Positions 17,882-26,046 of a stretch of 32,000 bases of DNA are shown piece by piece. Position numbers and translations under genes: made by a program. The DNA comes from an uncultured Clostridia bacterium (lineage in GTDB: Bacteria > Bacillota > Clostridia > TANB77 > CAG-508), in NCBI GenBank assembly GCA_934155165.1, contig CAKPGS010000007.1, forward strand, positions 7,806-39,805. Reading direction: 5' to 3'. Each line of letters begins with the position of its first letter. Position 1 is the first letter of the stretch. The notes beneath the pieces were generated by a model, which was not told the origin of the DNA, ran no database searches, and saw only the letters and a program-made list of their open reading frames with translations.

Positions 17882-17918
17882 TTTTATCGCTCCCTTTTTT
17901 TCAAATTCATGTTCGTTT

Positions 17919-17930
17919 GAACTTATGTTT
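17919..17930. promoter_or_regulatory. Candidate LexA (SOS) box just downstream of the -10 of the DUF45 gene promoter
   Basis: GAACTTATGTTT fits the clostridial GAAC-N4-GTT(T/C) pattern. The 16-mer TTTGAACTTATGTTTG matches TTTAAACTTATGTTTG at lexA in 15 of 16 positions. Confidence 0.45.
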
Positions 17931-17932
17931 GT

Positions 17933-17961
17933 ATTTTACTATTAGATTTTTTATTTGTCAA
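17933..17961 (-). promoter_or_regulatory. Sigma-A type promoter of the DUF45 gene
   Basis: On the minus strand: TTGACA (17961-17956), 17-nt spacer, TAAAAT (17938-17933). Confidence 0.55.
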
Positions 17962-18007
17962 TAGTTTTTTGAAAAAATGTTCGCAAATTTACAAATTATT
18001 CTTTATA

Positions 18008-18177
18008 ATCTGAAAATAGTTAAAAATCAATATTTCGAATGTGATTGGAGTGAGTGTATAGCTTCTTATTAAATTTAAATGAGGGCGCGTTTTGCGAGAG
18101 GCTCGTTTGAATTTCTATTAGAAGCTATAACGAACGTATTGAGCCGAGAAATATTTATTTTTAATCTATTTTCAGAT
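18008..18177 (+). repeat. 170-nt imperfect palindrome (candidate MITE or structured sRNA)
   Basis: The outer arms 18008-18036 and 18148-18177 pair at 28 of 29 positions with one bulge. The inner arms 18057-18083 and 18102-18129 also pair. The apex is GC-rich (CGC-gtttt-GCG). Two U-G wobbles exist only for a plus-strand transcript. Confidence 0.6.
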
Positions 18178-18184
18178 ATATAAT

Positions 18185-18325
18185 TCACTTGTTTTTATTT
18201 GTAATTTTTTCTAATTTTTGAACAATTTTTTTCTGTTTTTCCGTTGGTATCCATGCAAAATATGATGTTACAAATTCGCCATATTTTGTTACATCTTCAC
18301 TTTCTTCTTTATGTTTTTTTTCCAT
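18185..18325 (-). CDS. Possible small protein (46 aa)
   Basis: Below the size cutoff of the ORF track. It reads MEKKHKEESEDVTKYGEFVTSYFAWIPTEKQKKIVQKLEKITNKNK, with RBS-like AAGGTAGGTG upstream of the ATG at 18325 and a TGA stop at 18185-18187. Confidence 0.3.
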   Translation of the reverse strand: MEKKHKEESEDVTKYGEFVTSYFAWIPTEKQKKIVQKLEKITNKNK

Positions 18326-18377
18326 AAAAAATACACCTACCTTTTATTTTGGTATGTGCATTTTTCTATTTTTTATT

Positions 18378-19337
18378 CTATCTTTCTTCTAATTCTTTTT
18401 GTTCATATACTTCATTATAAGATTGTTCTAATTCTATTTTTCTTTCTGCAAAAAACTTTCTGTAATTATTTAATGTTTTTTCTTCTATATTAATTCCATC
18501 ATCTTCCATATCTTCAATAACTTTTTCAAAGTCTATTTTTAATATTGCATCTTTCACATATTTTTGTAACCATTTTTCACTTTTATATTGTTCTAAAATA
18601 TCTTTTACATCTGTACTGCCATTGTTAGTTCTTCGCAAATGCTTAGATTTTGTTTCTACTCCACAAGAACAATCGTAATCGTATATAGGTGAAAATTTTG
18701 CATTTATTCCATCTTCTACAACTGCCCAATTCCCATTATTTTCGTCTGATTGCATAACAAATTTATTAAAAATTGTTTGTTTCAAAAATTCATGTTTTAT
18801 TGAAACAATATCTTCAATATTATAATTTTTCTCTTTTCCATATTCTTCAATCTGTTTAAGAATTTCATCTATATTTAATTCCATAGGATCTCTTAATATA
18901 GAATTTCCTTCTATCAATTTTTCATTTTTACTTAAAAAACTTGGTGTTATTATATATGTTAATCTAGGATTAGATTTTTCCATTGCTAAATAGTATTGAG
19001 CACTTTTTATTCCAAATTGTTTTGTTAAATATTGCATTACGATTGCATTATATTTACTAAAATTATATTGTTCCTCATTTAGATTTCTATACACATCTCC
19101 AAATATATTTTTTACAAGAACCATATCCATATTGTCTAGCATATACCAACCTTTTGGAGTTGAATAACTACTTATATCAATTGCTGATTCAGTAGTTCTT
19201 TTCATATCTAAAATTATTCTGCCATTTTTATCTTGTTTATAATATTCTTTTTTAAAATTACTTTTTTTTTCAAAATCTTCTCTATTTACTTTATTTTTAT
19301 TTAAATAATCGTTATATTCTCTTTCATTAAAAAACAT
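18378..19337 (-). CDS. Hypothetical protein, possibly a degenerate HipA-like kinase fold
   Basis: 319-aa ORF with a weak RBS. FNKFVMQSDENNGNWAVVEDGINAKFSPIYDYDCSCG resembles the HipA_C block (liGNxDxHxxNxg...LaPxYD), but the His is absent. Confidence 0.5.
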   Translation of the reverse strand: MFFNEREYNDYLNKNKVNREDFEKKSNFKKEYYKQDKNGRIILDMKRTTESAIDISSYSTPKGWYMLDNMDMVLVKNIFGDVYRNLNEEQYNFSKYNAIVMQYLTKQFGIKSAQYYLAMEKSNPRLTYIITPSFLSKNEKLIEGNSILRDPMELNIDEILKQIEEYGKEKNYNIEDIVSIKHEFLKQTIFNKFVMQSDENNGNWAVVEDGINAKFSPIYDYDCSCGVETKSKHLRRTNNGSTDVKDILEQYKSEKWLQKYVKDAILKIDFEKVIEDMEDDGINIEEKTLNNYRKFFAERKIELEQSYNEVYEQKELEER

Positions 19338-19449
19338 TTTTTATCGTTTAATCACTTTTATAGAAATACTATCCATGTAACTGATTAATTCCTTTCTATA
19401 TTATTTAATTAGACAGACCTTATTTGTCTGCCTATTATAATTTTTAAAT

Positions 19450-20100
19450 TTACATTTTTCTGAAAACACCAGCAACTTTTCCAAGTATTTTACAGTCTGG
19501 AACTATTATTGGGTCCATTGTACTGTTTTCTGGTTGTAAACGTATATGATCTTTTTCTTTATAGAAAGTCTTAACTGTAGCTTCGTCACCAACTAAAGCT
19601 ACTACCATTTCTCCATTACGTGCACTATCTTGTTTTTTTACAAGTATTAAATCTCCATCTAAAATACCTGCTTCTATCATACTTTCTCCTCTAACTTTTA
19701 GCATAAATGCTTCACTATTTCCAACAAAGTCTATTGGAATTGGAAATGTATCTGTAACATTTTCAACTGCTAATATTGGTGCTCCTGCTGTAACTTTACC
19801 TATAACAGGTACTTCAGCAAGTTCTTTATGTGTATAAAAATCTTTAACAGATTTTTCTTTCTTTACTCCATCTGCACCTTTTAGAAGTCTAAGTGTTCTA
19901 CCTTTTTGAGATTCTTTTTTTATAAATCCCTTTGATTCTAGTTGTGCTAGATATCCATGTACTGTTGCTGTTGAACTTAATCCAACAGCCTTTCCTATTT
20001 CTCTAACTGATGGTGGATAGCCGTTTGTTTGTATTTGTTTTTCAATAAATTTTAATATGGCTCTTTCTCTTTTATTTAGTCCATTTGCATCCTTTTTCAT
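19450..20100 (-). CDS. lexA: LexA repressor
   Basis: [34 protein letters not shown] (wHTH), cleavage region VAGAPI, and the S24 peptidase motifs [19 protein letters not shown] and ATVKTFYKE. Confidence 0.9.
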   Translation of the reverse strand: MKKDANGLNKRERAILKFIEKQIQTNGYPPSVREIGKAVGLSSTATVHGYLAQLESKGFIKKESQKGRTLRLLKGADGVKKEKSVKDFYTHKELAEVPVIGKVTAGAPILAVENVTDTFPIPIDFVGNSEAFMLKVRGESMIEAGILDGDLILVKKQDSARNGEMVVALVGDEATVKTFYKEKDHIRLQPENSTMDPIIVPDCKILGKVAGVFRKM

Positions 20101-20126
20101 TTAATCACGCTCCTAATTTTTTTAGT

Positions 20127-20165
20127 ATTTTATCATACAAACATTTAATTGTCAAACATAAGTTT
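20127..20165 (-). promoter_or_regulatory. lexA promoter with an overlapping SOS-like box
   Basis: On the minus strand: TTGACA (20155-20150), 17-nt spacer, TAAAAT (20132-20127). The box AAACTTATGTTT (20165-20154) overlaps the -35 element. Confidence 0.5.
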
Positions 20166-20233
20166 AAAAATTTGCTTTTTTATTTATATTGTAGTAAAAT
20201 GCTGTTATTAATTTTATTTTTATGGAGGCTATT

Positions 20234-21520
20234 ATGATAGATATAAAACTTATTAGAGAAAATCCTGAACTTGTAAAAGAAAATATTCGTAAAAAATTTC
20301 AAAATCACAAATTAGTTTTGGTTGATGAGATTTTAGATTTAGATGTAAAAAATAGAAAAGCAAAACTTCATGGTGATGAATTAAGAATGAACAGAAAAAA
20401 TTTAAGTAATCAAATTGGTTCTTTAATGCGTGAAGGTAAAAAAGAAGAAGCAGAAAAAATAAAAGAAGAAGTTCAAGAAATAAACTCTGAACTTGAGGAA
20501 AATGAAAAATTAGAAACTGAATATGCTGAAGAAATAAAATCTAGAATGATGAAAATACCTAACATTATGCATGAATCTGTTCCAATAGGTGAAGACGATA
20601 GTAAAAATGTTGAAATAAAAAAATATGGCGAACCTGTAGTTCCAGATTATGAAATTCCATTTCACGGTGAAATTTTAGAAAATTTGGGTGGACTTGATTT
20701 AGATAGTGCTAGAAGAGTTGCTGGAAATGGTTTCTATTATCTTTTAGGAGATGTTGCAAGGCTTCATTCTGCAGTTCTTACTTATGCAAGAGATTTTATG
20801 ATTAATAAAGGTTTTACATATTGTATTCCACCTTACATGATTCGCTCTGATGTTGTTACAGGTGTTATGAGCTTTGAAGAAATGGATGCAATGATGTACA
20901 AAATTGAAGGCGAGGATTTATATTTAATTGGTACAAGCGAACATTCCATGATTGGACGTTTTAAAGACCAAATATTAAAAAAAGAAGATTTACCTTATAA
21001 TTTAACTTCATATTCACCTTGTTTTAGAAAAGAAAAAGGTGCTCATGGTATTGAAGAACGTGGTGTTTATAGAATACATCAATTTGAAAAACAAGAAATG
21101 ATTGTTGTATGTGAACCAGAAGATAGTTGGAATTGGTACGATAAAATGTGGTCTTATACTGTTGAATTATTTAGAAGTATGGATGTACCTGTTAGAACAT
21201 TGGAATGTTGTAGTGGAGATTTAGCAGATTTAAAAGCTAAAAGTTGCGATGTAGAAGCTTGGAGTCCAAGACAAAAGAAATATTTTGAAGTTGGAAGTTG
21301 TTCAAATTTAACAGATGCACAATCTAGACGTTTAGGCATTCGTATTAAAGGTGATAAAGGAAATTATTTACCACATACTTTAAATAATACTGTTGTTGCC
21401 CCACCTCGTATGTTAATTGCTATTGTTGAAAATAATTATCAACCAGATGGAAGCATTAAAATTCCGGAAGTTCTAAGACCTTATATGGGTGGAATTGAAA
21501 AGATTTCACCTAAAAAATAA
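20234..21520 (+). CDS. serS: Seryl-tRNA synthetase
   Basis: MIDIKLIRENPELVKENI..., class II motifs (SPCFRKEKGAHG...RIHQFEKQEM) and a coiled-coil N-terminal arm. I moved the start to the ATG at 20234, which follows GGAGG. Confidence 0.9.
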   Translation: MIDIKLIRENPELVKENIRKKFQNHKLVLVDEILDLDVKNRKAKLHGDELRMNRKNLSNQIGSLMREGKKEEAEKIKEEVQEINSELEENEKLETEYAEEIKSRMMKIPNIMHESVPIGEDDSKNVEIKKYGEPVVPDYEIPFHGEILENLGGLDLDSARRVAGNGFYYLLGDVARLHSAVLTYARDFMINKGFTYCIPPYMIRSDVVTGVMSFEEMDAMMYKIEGEDLYLIGTSEHSMIGRFKDQILKKEDLPYNLTSYSPCFRKEKGAHGIEERGVYRIHQFEKQEMIVVCEPEDSWNWYDKMWSYTVELFRSMDVPVRTLECCSGDLADLKAKSCDVEAWSPRQKKYFEVGSCSNLTDAQSRRLGIRIKGDKGNYLPHTLNNTVVAPPRMLIAIVENNYQPDGSIKIPEVLRPYMGGIEKISPKK

Positions 21521-21600
21521 AATGTATTTTATAGATGTTTGAGGTTCGAAATAAATGCAAATCTTCCAAGAAATCACCCTAAAATCTAACCTCCAATCTC

Positions 21601-21670
21601 TTACATCAAAAATAGAAATTTTCTTATAATGCCAACTAATGTAGCGGCGGTCATTGACCGCCATAAATAA
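21601..21670 (+). repeat. Composite intergenic repeat, second copy of the 4735-4797 unit
   Basis: TACATCAAAAATAGAAATTTTCTTATAAT...GTAG-C-GGCGGTC-att-GACCGCC-ATAAATAA. It shares a 17-nt identity (AAAAATAGAAATTTTCT) and the hairpin-plus-CCATAAA ending with the porB-proximal copy. Confidence 0.65.
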
Positions 21671-21693
21671 TATTCAATAAAAGGAGTAAAAAA

Positions 21694-22275
21694 ATGATAA
21701 TTAAAAATCCAAAATTTGAAGTTTCTGCTGTTAATCCTAAACAATATCCTAGTAATAATTTACCAGAAATTGTTTTAGTTGGTAAATCTAATGTTGGTAA
21801 ATCTTCTTTTATAAATACTATGATTAACAGAAAAAAACTTGCAAGGACAAGTAGTGAACCTGGAAAAACCAGACAATTAAACTTTTATAATATGGATGAA
21901 AAATTTTATTTTGTTGATTTACCTGGATATGGCTACAGCAAAATGTCTAAAAAAGAACAAGAACAAGTAGGTAATTTTATTGAAGAATATTTATTCAATA
22001 GAAAACAAATAGCTTTAATAATTTTCTTAGTTGACATTCGTCATAAACCAACTGAAAATGATAAACTAATGTATAATTATGTTATAAGTTCAAAGCTACC
22101 TTTCATTATTTTAACAAATAAAGCTGATAAAATTGCGGTAACTAAAGTTGATGGAGCTTGCAAAGAAATACAAAATGAACTAAATCCAATTGGAGATGCA
22201 ATTTGCATGCCTTTCTCCTCTGAAAGAAAAATATATTCTGATAACGTTTGGAAAGAAATAGAGAGCATTTTATAA
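21694..22275 (+). CDS. engB: Ribosome biogenesis GTPase YsxC/EngB
   Basis: GKSNVGKSSFINTMINRKKLARTSSEPGKTRQLNFY, DLPGYGY and TNKADK are the G1, G3 and G4 motifs. Confidence 0.9.
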   Translation: MIIKNPKFEVSAVNPKQYPSNNLPEIVLVGKSNVGKSSFINTMINRKKLARTSSEPGKTRQLNFYNMDEKFYFVDLPGYGYSKMSKKEQEQVGNFIEEYLFNRKQIALIIFLVDIRHKPTENDKLMYNYVISSKLPFIILTNKADKIAVTKVDGACKEIQNELNPIGDAICMPFSSERKIYSDNVWKEIESIL

Positions 22276-22282
22276 ATGCTCT

Positions 22283-23629
22283 CTATCTTTCTCTTGGATC
22301 ATCTTCCTCCGAAATCTCATAGTTAATTCTTCCTTTGAAACCTTGTCTTTTTAATAATTCATTATAATCTTCTATTTTTTCTTTGTTTTTTGTTACTAAT
22401 CTTGTCTTTTCAGCATCAATAGCACTTGCTAAAAATGCTTTTTCTTCTTTTCTTTTTATATTTGATATTTCATAGTTTTCATCTGGTTCAATTCTATCTA
22501 AGAAAGAATTATATATTTCTTCTTCTTTTTCAGTTAATCCAAAAGTATTTTGTTTATGTTTATAACTAAACAATCTGTTAATTTGAAACTTTTTACTGAT
22601 ATCTTCCTTTTTATCTCCCTTCGAAATTCTAACTTTTAATTTAGATATATCTAAATTATTATTTATATAAAATTCTTCTGCTTCTTTATTTCTTCCAACA
22701 CTGTATAACTTTATATAATTATATTCATTTGTAGTATTAAAGTTTCTTTCCTGATTTTGTAAATACTTAATTGAATTTAGGAAAATATCGTTTTCTATTG
22801 ACTCTCTGTGAACTTTTTTATAAGTTTCTCTTATTTCTGGATTCTTTACTAAAATGGCTCTTAGAATTTCTTTATTTTCTATTAGTATTTCTTCAATATT
22901 ATCTTGTTTATTTAAAGCTGTAACTTCTTCAACAATTTTATCTGCTTTACGCATATTATCTAATTCATCTGTTGAATAATTGTCCATATCTTGTAGTATA
23001 TCTTTATTATCTTTTATTTTTACATTTTCTACTGTATTTTTATCCCCAACATATAAAATTGTTTTAGATATATTTAAAGGTTCATTTTGATAATTTGTTA
23101 AAATTTGAGTTCCTTCTTGTGTTATTTTAATCTCATTATTATTTGCATACTCCCTTAATTCTTCAAAACTTGCTAAAATAGCATCTTTTTCTATACCGCC
23201 ATATTGAAGATTTTCCTGAAATTCCAGTAGGTCCTCAAATTTTTCTTGTATTGTTTTTAAGTTTCCCCTATTAAAATTAGCCATAACTATTTCATCTTTA
23301 TTTCCACAACTTAAAGAAACAATATAATTGTACTCGCTTTGTTTGCTAAGCCTTCTAATTTTTAAATCTTCTTTGGATATTTTTTCTGGCTCAAATCTAG
23401 TATATGTGCTAATACATTTATTTTGTTCATCCTTTAATTTTTCTATTTGTTCTTTACTACTCTTTACCTCTTTTGCTACACTTTTTACTTTTGCAACAAT
23501 AGCATCTATTTGCTCTTGTTGTGTTTTTATCTGTATGCTTTGTTCTTCAAGTTTTGCATTTTGCATTGAAATTGTTGCATCTGCAAGTTGCTTTTGCTTT
23601 CCTTTGTTCATAAAATCAAATAATCCCAT
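22283..23629 (-). CDS. Hypothetical coiled-coil protein
   Basis: 448-aa ORF. It has an MGLFDFMNKGK N-terminus followed by a long Lys/Glu-rich coiled-coil-like sequence. I recognise no domain. Confidence 0.55.
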   Translation of the reverse strand: MGLFDFMNKGKQKQLADATISMQNAKLEEQSIQIKTQQEQIDAIVAKVKSVAKEVKSSKEQIEKLKDEQNKCISTYTRFEPEKISKEDLKIRRLSKQSEYNYIVSLSCGNKDEIVMANFNRGNLKTIQEKFEDLLEFQENLQYGGIEKDAILASFEELREYANNNEIKITQEGTQILTNYQNEPLNISKTILYVGDKNTVENVKIKDNKDILQDMDNYSTDELDNMRKADKIVEEVTALNKQDNIEEILIENKEILRAILVKNPEIRETYKKVHRESIENDIFLNSIKYLQNQERNFNTTNEYNYIKLYSVGRNKEAEEFYINNNLDISKLKVRISKGDKKEDISKKFQINRLFSYKHKQNTFGLTEKEEEIYNSFLDRIEPDENYEISNIKRKEEKAFLASAIDAEKTRLVTKNKEKIEDYNELLKRQGFKGRINYEISEEDDPRER

Positions 23630-23646
23630 TTTTTTATATTCCTTTT

Positions 23647-23823
23647 CTATTGTATTTTTTTCTTTATTCTCTTTAGTGCTTCTTGTCTATCTAATAAAAC
23701 AACATGTCCACACTTTTTGCATTTCATACGAAATTTTACTCCAATTCCAGTTAATTCCCACATATTATTACCACATGGATGGCCTTTTTTGGTTATTACT
23801 ACATCCCCTATATTATAAATCAT
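23647..23823 (-). CDS. DUF951 family small protein (YyzM-like)
   Basis: Below the size cutoff of the ORF track. MIYNIGDVVITKKGHPCGNNMWELTGIGVKFRMKCKKCGHVVLLDRQEALKRIKKKIQ matches the GDiV.mKK.HPCG...W...R.G.D...kC..CgH pattern. The ATG at 23823 is 2 nt after the sortase stop. Confidence 0.8.
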   Translation of the reverse strand: MIYNIGDVVITKKGHPCGNNMWELTGIGVKFRMKCKKCGHVVLLDRQEALKRIKKKIQ

Positions 23824-23825
23824 TA

Positions 23826-24548
23826 TTATAACACCTCTGTTGCTTTTACAATTACTCTTTGTTTACTATCATTTGTACAAGTAATTAATGTTACTTCCTT
23901 CTTTCCTCCAGTTAATTGACTAGTACAAGCCACATCCTCTGGGTCTACTGTATATTTATCATATACTGAATATTTTAATGTTTTTCCACTTAAGTCTGTT
24001 AATTCTATAATATCTCCATTGACTAATGTTGGAACTTTACTAAAGAATTTTGTATTTCTATAGTTATGTGCAACTATACAGAAATTACCTACTTGATTTG
24101 GTTCTGGTCCCCAAAATTTATTTGGAGCAATTTTTAGTAATTCATCTGATGCTTCTGAAAGAACAGGATAATTAACTCCTATTTTTGGTATATTTATAAT
24201 AGCAACTGTTGAATACTTAGTTCCTGCTGCAGTTGTTTGAACTTCTGAACTAAAGGCTGCTGATTCACTTGATGAAGTATCTTCCTGATTATCATCTAAT
24301 ATAACAACTAATACATCACCTTCGTTTTGCATTGCCGTATCATCTTCATTTGTACTAACATCCACATTTGCTAAAATCTCTTGTGATAATTTTTCATTTT
24401 TATATTTATCATATTCTTGATAAATATAGTAACTTCCTAAAATCAATACCAAAATAACTGAAAGAATAAATTGAATTCTATAAACTTTTTTCTTTTTTCT
24501 TAACTCTGGTGTTACATATAATTTTTCAGTTACAAGAATTTGATTCAT
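23826..24548 (-). CDS. Sortase family transpeptidase (class A/D-like, TLITC active site)
   Basis: N-terminal TM anchor, a His motif (NFCIVAHNY), the catalytic-Cys motif EVTLITCT and a downstream Arg (QRVIVKA). Confidence 0.8.
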   Translation of the reverse strand: MNQILVTEKLYVTPELRKKKKVYRIQFILSVILVLILGSYYIYQEYDKYKNEKLSQEILANVDVSTNEDDTAMQNEGDVLVVILDDNQEDTSSSESAAFSSEVQTTAAGTKYSTVAIINIPKIGVNYPVLSEASDELLKIAPNKFWGPEPNQVGNFCIVAHNYRNTKFFSKVPTLVNGDIIELTDLSGKTLKYSVYDKYTVDPEDVACTSQLTGGKKEVTLITCTNDSKQRVIVKATEVL

Positions 24549-24619
24549 ATATTTTCTCCTCTAAAAACTAAAATCTCTCAAAATAATTATATCATATAGT
24601 TATGATGTTTTTAAATAGT

Positions 24620-24751
24620 TTATTTAGTTTTTTTTGAGTTTTTTTCATCTTCTTTTAAGACTATATTTTCAAATAGTTCTTCTAAATTGTATTTTGAGTT
24701 TAATTCCTCTAAATTTTTATTTTTCTCTGTATCTGTTTCTCTTTTTAACAT
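24620..24751 (-). CDS. Possible small acidic protein (43 aa)
   Basis: Below the size cutoff of the ORF track. A strong RBS (AGGAGG at 24757-24762) lies 5 nt upstream of the ATG at 24751. It reads MLKRETDTEKNKNLEELNSKYNLEELFENIVLKEDEKNSKKTK. Confidence 0.4.
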   Translation of the reverse strand: MLKRETDTEKNKNLEELNSKYNLEELFENIVLKEDEKNSKKTK

Positions 24752-24760
24752 ATTTTCCTC

Positions 24761-25606
24761 CTATATTTTATTTGCAATATTAGCAAAATCTTGTATTGAT
24801 AATTTTTCTGCTCTTATATTTTCATATATATTTAATTGTTTTAATATTTCAATTATTTTATTTTTTTCAATAAATCCACTATTGCTTAAAGAATTTACTA
24901 AAGTTTTTCTTCTTTGCATAAATGCAATTTTTATTAGTTTAAAAAATAATTCTTCATTGTTTACATTAACTGGTGGATTTTCTCTTATTTTTAAATTAAT
25001 TACATCAGATTCAACAGATGGCTCCGGAATAAATGAGCTTTTATCTACAATTCTAACATTTTCAGAATCAGCATAATAATAAACAGAATATGTTATTGCT
25101 CCAGTAAATTTTTCACCTGGAACAGCTATTAGCCTTTCTGCAACTTCCTTTTGTACCATTACTGTTATACTTTGTAAATCTAATCTTTCTTCTAATAACT
25201 TCATTATTATTGGAGTAGTAATATAATATGGTAAATTAGCTACTATTTTTACATTTTTTATGTTTCCATTTTTTTCTTCTTTAATTAATTTATGTAAGTC
25301 AACTTTTAAAATATCTTCATTAATTATTTCAAAATTTTCATACAAAAAAAATCTTTCTTTTAGAATGTCTATCATTCTATCATCTAATTCTACACATATA
25401 ACTTTTCCAGCTCTTTCTAAAATGAATTTTGTAAGTGTTCCTAACCCTGGACCAATTTCTATAACTAAATCTTCTTTATTTATATTGGCAGAATCACATG
25501 CATCTATAATAACACTTTCATCTATCAAAAAATTTTGTCCTAGATTTTTATTAGCAGTAATTCCATATTTCTTCATTAAAAACTTTGTTTCTTCAAATAA
25601 ATTCAT
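24761..25606 (-). CDS. rsmA: 16S rRNA (adenine1518/1519-N6)-dimethyltransferase
   Basis: KNLGQNFLIDESVI, VIEIGPGLGTLT (SAM motif) and ANLPYYITTPI. Confidence 0.9.
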   Translation of the reverse strand: MNLFEETKFLMKKYGITANKNLGQNFLIDESVIIDACDSANINKEDLVIEIGPGLGTLTKFILERAGKVICVELDDRMIDILKERFFLYENFEIINEDILKVDLHKLIKEEKNGNIKNVKIVANLPYYITTPIIMKLLEERLDLQSITVMVQKEVAERLIAVPGEKFTGAITYSVYYYADSENVRIVDKSSFIPEPSVESDVINLKIRENPPVNVNNEELFFKLIKIAFMQRRKTLVNSLSNSGFIEKNKIIEILKQLNIYENIRAEKLSIQDFANIANKI

Positions 25607-25682
25607 AAATCTCTCCTCTTATGAAATTATACAATATAACCTTTTTTTTGTAAACAAATTAGTCCAACCATTATTTGATATT

Positions 25683-26042
25683 CTATGTAACTTGTTTCAA
25701 ATGATTCAATTTGTAGCTATTATTTTTTAATAAAATTTCTATTACATCAATCCTTGTATATAATTCATATAAATTATGTAAGTGTATATAATATCTTGCT
25801 GCTTTATAAATGTGTTTTTGTTTTACATTTGTTACAGCTTCAGCAGGTGTACCATATGAATAATTGCTTCTTGTTTTTACCTCTATAAAAACCAATTCTT
25901 CCTTCTTTAAATCAAATGCTACAATATCTATTTCTCCTGTTTTACATGTAAAATTTCTTTCTATAATTTTATATCCTAATTCTTCTAAATATTTGCTTGC
26001 TATGTTTTCCCCTTTAACTCCTACTATATGTCTTTGATACAT
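25683..26042 (-). CDS. yraN: YraN family (UPF0102) endonuclease-like protein
   Basis: KGENIASKYLEELGYKIIERNFTCKTGEIDIVAFDLKKEELVFIEVKTRS. Confidence 0.85.
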   Translation of the reverse strand: MYQRHIVGVKGENIASKYLEELGYKIIERNFTCKTGEIDIVAFDLKKEELVFIEVKTRSNYSYGTPAEAVTNVKQKHIYKAARYYIHLHNLYELYTRIDVIEILLKNNSYKLNHLKQVT

Positions 26043-26046
26043 CTTT

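Noticed and set aside
20101-20233. T-box or other riboswitch leader upstream of serS.
   Set aside because: The interval is only about 130 nt and holds two divergent promoters. I could not find a specifier-loop or antiterminator architecture.
21541-21600. tRNA-like T-loop sequence GGTTCGAAA downstream of serS.
   Set aside because: The flanking bases cannot form a T-stem, and no acceptor or anticodon arms can be drawn. I treat it as a chance match, or at most a tRNA remnant.
22261-22283. The inverted repeat GAGAGCATTT-tat-AAATGCTCTC, spanning the stop codons of the convergent engB and 22283-23629 genes, as a bidirectional terminator.
   Set aside because: The stem is AT-rich and lacks a clear U-run on either strand. 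It may contribute to termination, but the support is too weak to call.
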